A DNA stretch of 64,000 bases from the NCBI GenBank assembly GCA_048497935.1, contig JBEHYY010000013.1, forward strand, positions 12,622 through 76,621, in the 5' to 3' direction. Each line of letters begins with the position of its first letter. Position 1 is the stretch's first letter. This DNA is from Verrucomicrobiota bacterium (GTDB lineage Bacteria; Verrucomicrobiota; Verrucomicrobiia; Opitutales; JABDGR01). This document shows, piece by piece, positions 59,559 to 64,000 of this stretch. The position numbers and the translations under genes are program-made. The notes beneath the pieces were generated by a model that saw nothing but the letters and a program-made list of their open reading frames with translations, did not search any database and was not told the origin of the DNA.

Positions 59559-60695
59559 TCACCCTCCGGACGTGCGATATAATTTCAAATATTGGGGCAC
59601 AATCGCCTCCGCCGAAAACTTGGCGCGCGCACGCTGCCGCGCCGCCGCTCCCATGCGGGCACGGCCTTGGACATCGTTAACCAGTGATTCCACTGCCTGG
59701 GCCAGCGCCCCGGCATCGCCAAAGGGCGCCAGCAATCCGCAGGCCCCTTCGCCACCCATGACTTCGGGAATCCCGCCCACCCTGGTCGCCACGCTCGGCA
59801 CGCCAAAAAACATCGCCTCCAGGATACTCAGGCAAAAGCTTTCCGTCTCCGAGGTGAAGAGCCCCACGTCCGCCGCCTGGAGGTAGTCCTCAATCTCGGT
59901 CACGCGCTCGCGTACGAGCACCGTGTTTTCCAAGCCCAGCCGCCGTACTTCCGCGCGAAATGGGGTGAAATCGCCCCCGGCCAGCACCAGGAGCTTATAT
60001 TTCTCCCGAGGTCGCAGGCGGGCAGCGGCCTCGAGCAACAGATCAATCCGTTTAAGGGGTCGCAGGTTCGATGCGTGCAGCACCAGCGTCTCTTCGCGTA
60101 ATCCGAGCTCTTCTCGCACCTCCATCCGTGTGCGCTTAGGGGCTCGTGGTGTAAAAAAATTGTGAATGACTTCGATGGGCCGATCGACGCCCAGGAGCCG
60201 CCGTGTTTCGCGCTCCATAAAAGCCGATACCGTGGTGACGGCATCCGACTGTTCCAGCGCGTGGCGGATGGCCGGGCCATAGCCGGCATCGCGGCCCAGC
60301 AATGTCGTGTCTGTGCCGTGCAAAGTTGTGATCACGCGCGGACGAAGCATCGGCGGCAGCATATCGCGCGCGAGAATCGCGGCGGTCGCATGGGGCACGG
60401 CATAGTGGACATGCAGCACATCCAGTCCAAAGTCACGGGTGACCTCCGCCATTTTGACTGATAAAGGCAGCGTATAGTCCGGGTACTTGAACAAACCATA
60501 GTCATTGATGACTACCGGGTGAAACCGGAGCCTCGGAGAGTCCTGTGGAATGCGAAAGGGGCGTTCGTAACTGATAAAGTGCACTTCATGCCCCCGTTGC
60601 GCCAGTTCCTCGCCCAAGGCCGACGCCAGCACCCCGCTCCCGCCGACAGAGGGGTAGCAGGTGATGCCGATTTTAAGCGGGCGGTCGGAATCCAT
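59559..60695 (-). CDS. bshA: GT4 glycosyltransferase, BshA-like (N-acetyl-alpha-D-glucosaminyl L-malate synthase)
   Basis: N-terminal LKIGITCYPSVGGSGVLASALGEELAQRGHEVHFI is nearly identical to the Bacillus BshA N-terminus (KIGITCYPSVGGSG..ATELGK.LAE.GHE.HFI). Confidence 0.7.
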   Translation of the reverse strand: MDSDRPLKIGITCYPSVGGSGVLASALGEELAQRGHEVHFISYERPFRIPQDSPRLRFHPVVINDYGLFKYPDYTLPLSVKMAEVTRDFGLDVLHVHYAVPHATAAILARDMLPPMLRPRVITTLHGTDTTLLGRDAGYGPAIRHALEQSDAVTTVSAFMERETRRLLGVDRPIEVIHNFFTPRAPKRTRMEVREELGLREETLVLHASNLRPLKRIDLLLEAAARLRPREKYKLLVLAGGDFTPFRAEVRRLGLENTVLVRERVTEIEDYLQAADVGLFTSETESFCLSILEAMFFGVPSVATRVGGIPEVMGGEGACGLLAPFGDAGALAQAVESLVNDVQGRARMGAAARQRARAKFSAEAIVPQYLKLYRTSGG

Positions 60696-60713
60696 CGGGG
60701 TATTGCGGGGAGT

Positions 60714-61442
60714 TTACAAAAAGCTCAAGGAGTCAAAAACCAAAGCCTCATTGGGAAATAGCGCATTGGCATGGGCGACGCCGGCCCGCATACCATGCAC
60801 CTTGGCGCGCGCCAGCTGGAATTCGACATAATTGCGGGTCTTCATCTGCGAGGCGTGGGCTTCCATGGCGGCCGTCCAGGCCTTTACAATTTCCGGCGGA
60901 GAAATATCGATCAGTAATGGCACGGCGCCCATCGGTTCGGCATCCGGCGTGACTGCGTAAAAAAACAATTGGCGGATGCCATGGCGCGCGAGCTTGCGCA
61001 GTTCCCCCACTCCTCCATAGCGGGCCAACCGGGTGGCATCGCGCACGAGCATACCCAGGCGCCAGTGGTCGGGGTGCTGGTTGGGCTCCACCGTCGGCGC
61101 CAACACAATCGCCGGTCGGATCCCGCGAATGATGCGGGCGAGCTTGATGGCGTGGGCGGACCGCAGCTCCAGATGGGCATCGCCGTCCAGTTCGAGAAAT
61201 TCCAGGGTCGCACCCAAAATTCTAGCGGCCTTCTCGGCCTCAGCCACGCGTTGCTGGGGTGTGCCGTTGGTGCCAGCCTCGCCCCGCGAGCAGACCACGC
61301 AATGCACAGGCCGTCCGGCGCGAACCTCACGGGCGACTACGCCGCCGCAGCCGAATTCAATGTCATCCGGGTGCGCGCCAAAGACCAGCAAGGGCGCGGT
61401 TTTAGACTTCGGTGTAGGCTTCATCGGATTGCTCGATTTCAT
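60714..61442 (-). CDS. bshB: PIG-L/LmbE-family deacetylase, BshB-like
   Basis: AHPDDIEFGCGG is the metal-binding motif of LmbE-type deacetylases; immediately follows bshA. Confidence 0.7.
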   Translation of the reverse strand: MKSSNPMKPTPKSKTAPLLVFGAHPDDIEFGCGGVVAREVRAGRPVHCVVCSRGEAGTNGTPQQRVAEAEKAARILGATLEFLELDGDAHLELRSAHAIKLARIIRGIRPAIVLAPTVEPNQHPDHWRLGMLVRDATRLARYGGVGELRKLARHGIRQLFFYAVTPDAEPMGAVPLLIDISPPEIVKAWTAAMEAHASQMKTRNYVEFQLARAKVHGMRAGVAHANALFPNEALVFDSLSFL

Positions 61443-62169
61443 CGCGGGTGATAAAAGTGATCTCCGGTGTCTCCTCCGGGTGCAAGTATTGTCTTTCCCC
61501 CTGGCCGGCCACGTAGTGCGTGCAGTGGATGACCGACTGCATCCAGCGCAGACGTGAGTCGCGCGTGGGGCTGACCTGCTCCTTGGTGAAGGGAGCCATC
61601 GGCAGTGTCACGTGGCAGTCCCCGCCTTCGTGCAAAAGCAAGGCATCCTTGGCGCAACGCGCGCGGACGGTCTCCCCCGCGTGCGAGACATCGACAAAAT
61701 AATCCGCAATTTCACAAGCCGACCGCCGCACCGCCGGATCGCTGGAACGCACGACTTGCACGCCTTCAAGCAGACCCATTGCGCGATACATCTCCAGGCA
61801 GAAATCCGCGATGTTCGTGGCCGAAATACCCTTGAAAGCCTCCGCCCAGCGTTTATCCACATAGGCGGGCAGTTGCCGGGCTGTGTTGGCCTGCCAGTCC
61901 GGCAGCACCTTTTTGAGGTAAAGTGGCGTCCATTTGCGCTGGATCTTGTTGGCAAAGGCAAAGTTCAGGCGCGCCGCCTCTCCCGTGCGAATGAAGTGCA
62001 GGACGGTGTTGGTCTCGCGCGGGTCATGGTCGCTGTCGTGATAGAAGAAGACGATCTCTCCGCCGATTTCCTTCTGTAGGCGGCGGGCCGTGAAAATCTT
62101 GGCAGCAAGAAACCGTTTCGGGAAAAACCCGCACGGCTGCTGGCCAAAGCATATGCGGGGCATGCTCAT
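61402..62169 (-). CDS. Hypothetical 255-aa protein, possibly a short BshC-like module; overlaps the bshB start
   Basis: ICFGQQPCGFF resembles the GGQQxGLLTGPLY motif of bacillithiol synthase BshC, but the protein is about half the BshC length. The start overlaps bshB by ~20-40 nt (translational coupling). Confidence 0.35.
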   Translation of the reverse strand: MSMPRICFGQQPCGFFPKRFLAAKIFTARRLQKEIGGEIVFFYHDSDHDPRETNTVLHFIRTGEAARLNFAFANKIQRKWTPLYLKKVLPDWQANTARQLPAYVDKRWAEAFKGISATNIADFCLEMYRAMGLLEGVQVVRSSDPAVRRSACEIADYFVDVSHAGETVRARCAKDALLLHEGGDCHVTLPMAPFTKEQVSPTRDSRLRWMQSVIHCTHYVAGQGERQYLHPEETPEITFITRDEIEQSDEAYTEV

Positions 62170-63887
62170 GAGGTGGCGGGCCGGCCCGCGGATTTGCCGA
62201 CTTGGTTTAGGATGAGCTGGATGACAAAACTAAAAATGATGCACGCGGCCGGCCCCACCAGGTTAAACCAGAGGTAGGAAACATCATGTCGGGAATAAAG
62301 CCAGATGACCAATGCGTAGGCCCCAATTGCCCCCCAGAATACCGCCGTGCCACCAATTGATCTAAGAAAAAATGCCACCAAGAACATTCCCAGCACCCCC
62401 CCATAAAAAACCGAACCCAAAATATTTCCGGCTTCAATGAGGTTTTCAGCCAGCTTGATCAGCAACGCAAACACCACGGCAACCACCCCCCAAAATGCCG
62501 TGAATATTCTGGATGCCAGGACATAGTGCGCATCAGTGCCATCCTTGCAAAGAAGATTTCTGTAGAAATCGACCGTGGTGGTGGAGCCCAGGGCATTCAA
62601 CTCTGCCGCCTTGGAATTGAGCGCAGCCGCAAACAAGGCGGCCACCAGCAAGCCGATCAAACCGTGGGGAAGATTCTTCAGAATAAAGGTGATGAACACG
62701 TAGTCCGATTCATTACTGCTGACTCCCGTCTTTTTCATCACATCGTTCGCCTGCTCTCGAACTGCCAGAGTCCGCTCGCGCGCACTTTCATAATCTTTTC
62801 GGGCAGTTTCCTCGGCCGCTGGATTGCCGGAACGACGTGCTTCCATCCAGGAATTCAATGTGGAGTGCTCCAACTCGCTGGCCTGGACGAAGTTGTTTTC
62901 AATATCCGCAAAAGTGCCCGCGGGCGCGCTCTGGGCTGCATTGCCCCAGGCGGTTTGGTTAAAATACACCGGCGGGGTTTCGATTTGATAAAAAACGAAA
63001 ATCAATACTCCGATCAGGATGATAAACAACTGCATGGGTATCTTGCATAATGCGTTGAACATTAATCCCAGGCGGCTTTCACGCAAAGAAGATCCCGACA
63101 GGTATCGCTGTACTTGGGATTGATCAGTGCCAAAATACGCCATTTGCAAAAATATGCCTCCAAAAATGCCGGACCAAATGGTGTACCGTTGCTGCAAATC
63201 AGTGGAAAAGCTAACTGCATTAATTTTCCCGCCCGAACCAGCCACAGTCAGGGTTTCCACCAGTGACAGGTTGTCCGATAGTTTTTGCACAAGTATGGCG
63301 AAAGCGATCAGCATCCCAAAAAAGATGATGTATATCTGGTATTTCTGGGTGAGACTGACTGCCTCGGTGCCTCCAAATACCGTATAGGTGGTTGCAATCA
63401 AACCGCAAATGATGATCGTCCAACTCAACGGCCAGCCGAATACAGTCGAGAAGACAATGGCTGGGGCATAAATGGTCAAGCCCGCCCCAATGCCGCGCTG
63501 GAGCAGAAAGATGAACGCGCCCAGCAGGCGAGTTTTGGCATCGAATCGCTGGCCAAGATACTCATACGCAGTGTAAACATTGAGTTTGCGAAAAATCGGC
63601 AAAAAGACGGCTGAAATGATCACCAACGCCAATGGGGCGCCAAAATAGTTCTGCACAAAACTCAATCCACTCTGGTACCCCTGGCCGGTGGCCGATAAAA
63701 ACGTGGTAGTGCTGGCCTGGGTGGCCATGACGGAGAGGCCAATCAGCAACCATGGCGTGTGCGCGGAACCCTTGATGTATGTCCGCAGGTCGCGCTGGCC
63801 TCGCGTGCGCCACATACCGTAGGCGGCAATGCCAAGCAACGTGCAGCACAACACAATATAATCGAAGATATTCACGAAAACATCCAC
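62166..63887 (-). CDS. Sodium:solute symporter family (SSF) transporter
   Basis: 13-14 TM SSF pattern (FDYIV...GMWRT start; GGTEAV, YFGTDQ motifs). The start was taken as the GTG overlapping the stop of the upstream small-membrane-protein ORF; the stop overlaps the start of the 61402..62169 gene. Confidence 0.75.
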   Translation of the reverse strand: MDVFVNIFDYIVLCCTLLGIAAYGMWRTRGQRDLRTYIKGSAHTPWLLIGLSVMATQASTTTFLSATGQGYQSGLSFVQNYFGAPLALVIISAVFLPIFRKLNVYTAYEYLGQRFDAKTRLLGAFIFLLQRGIGAGLTIYAPAIVFSTVFGWPLSWTIIICGLIATTYTVFGGTEAVSLTQKYQIYIIFFGMLIAFAILVQKLSDNLSLVETLTVAGSGGKINAVSFSTDLQQRYTIWSGIFGGIFLQMAYFGTDQSQVQRYLSGSSLRESRLGLMFNALCKIPMQLFIILIGVLIFVFYQIETPPVYFNQTAWGNAAQSAPAGTFADIENNFVQASELEHSTLNSWMEARRSGNPAAEETARKDYESARERTLAVREQANDVMKKTGVSSNESDYVFITFILKNLPHGLIGLLVAALFAAALNSKAAELNALGSTTTVDFYRNLLCKDGTDAHYVLASRIFTAFWGVVAVVFALLIKLAENLIEAGNILGSVFYGGVLGMFLVAFFLRSIGGTAVFWGAIGAYALVIWLYSRHDVSYLWFNLVGPAACIIFSFVIQLILNQVGKSAGRPATS

Positions 63888-64000
63888 GTGAGTTTGGTCA
63901 ACAGCACCACGATCAGCACAAATACCACCAGAACCAAACCATATACCGCGCCCCAACCGCCGGCGGCGAAGGCATCGCGCTTGCCTACGCAATGGCTGAA
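63872..64000 (-). CDS. Small membrane protein (SSF-associated small subunit, DUF4212-like); partial, with its 5' end beyond the window
   Basis: Minus-strand frame ...DAFAAGGWGAVYGLVLVVFVLIVVLLTKLTWMFS*; the stop overlaps the SSF start (translational coupling). Confidence 0.45.
   Translation of the reverse strand, partial: FSHCVGKRDAFAAGGWGAVYGLVLVVFVLIVVLLTKLTWMFS

Noticed and set aside
63872-64000. Extending the SSF transporter to the ORF-track start at 63992
   Set aside because: The family-conserved N-terminus (FDYIV...) begins at the GTG at 63887. Upstream codons belong to a separate overlapping small membrane-protein gene in another frame.

Overview
This is a high-GC (~60-65%) chromosomal segment. 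The gene content (DUF1559/H-X9-DG pilin-like protein, PEP-CTERM protein, GH105 and DUF1593/Sde182 carbohydrate-active proteins, a Rieske/cytochrome b fused to a dihaem cytochrome c) points to Verrucomicrobiota or another PVC-group bacterium; this is an inference from gene content.

Most of the window is core metabolism and housekeeping. Genes are listed in map order; (-) marks minus-strand genes.
- A sensor-kinase 3' fragment and cysI (-).
- tsaD (-), an S41 Ctp protease (-) and a MidA-like methyltransferase, the last two with overlapping divergent start codons.
- GH105, then tRNA-Pro(CGG) and metF.
- A Rieske/cytochrome b-c gene pair plus a haem-binding-domain protein, then obg.
- A glycogen debranching enzyme (-), a DUF481 outer-membrane protein, a TrmH-family methyltransferase (-), rlmM (-), tRNA-Ala(CGC) (-) directly upstream of htpG (-), and thyA-folA.
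- A 14-kb nuoB-to-nuoN operon on the minus strand with no nuoA.
- A PEP-CTERM repeat protein (-) and tRNA-Ser(GGA).
- An esterase, a DUF1593 protein, a YdeI-like protein, an ECF transporter S component (-), purD, a pseudo-S41 protein, a LMW protein-tyrosine phosphatase, rpiB and glyA.
- A pilin-like protein, glgA (-), a DUF2007 protein (-), purC (-) and tmRNA.
- Flotillin (-), a PLD-family protein (-), a sensor kinase (-), bshA-bshB with a short BshC-like gene (all -), and a sodium:solute symporter (-) with its small upstream partner (-).

Accessory or unusual parts:
1. An XRE regulator divergent from a small HTH protein and a MASE1-PAS sensor that has no output domain, flanked by an 18-bp tandem repeat array and an AT-rich palindromic operator.
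2. A ~2.4-kb low-GC island inserted immediately 3' of tRNA-Ser, carrying a secreted coiled-coil repeat protein and an FRG-domain protein.
3. A 21-codon lysine-rich micro-ORF with its own RBS and terminator.
4. An S41-like paralogue that has lost the catalytic lysine.
5. A truncated BshC-like gene translationally coupled to bshB.

No CRISPR array, integrase, transposase or reverse transcriptase was seen. Coordinates derived by hand from the ORF track may be off by +/-1 nt in places.
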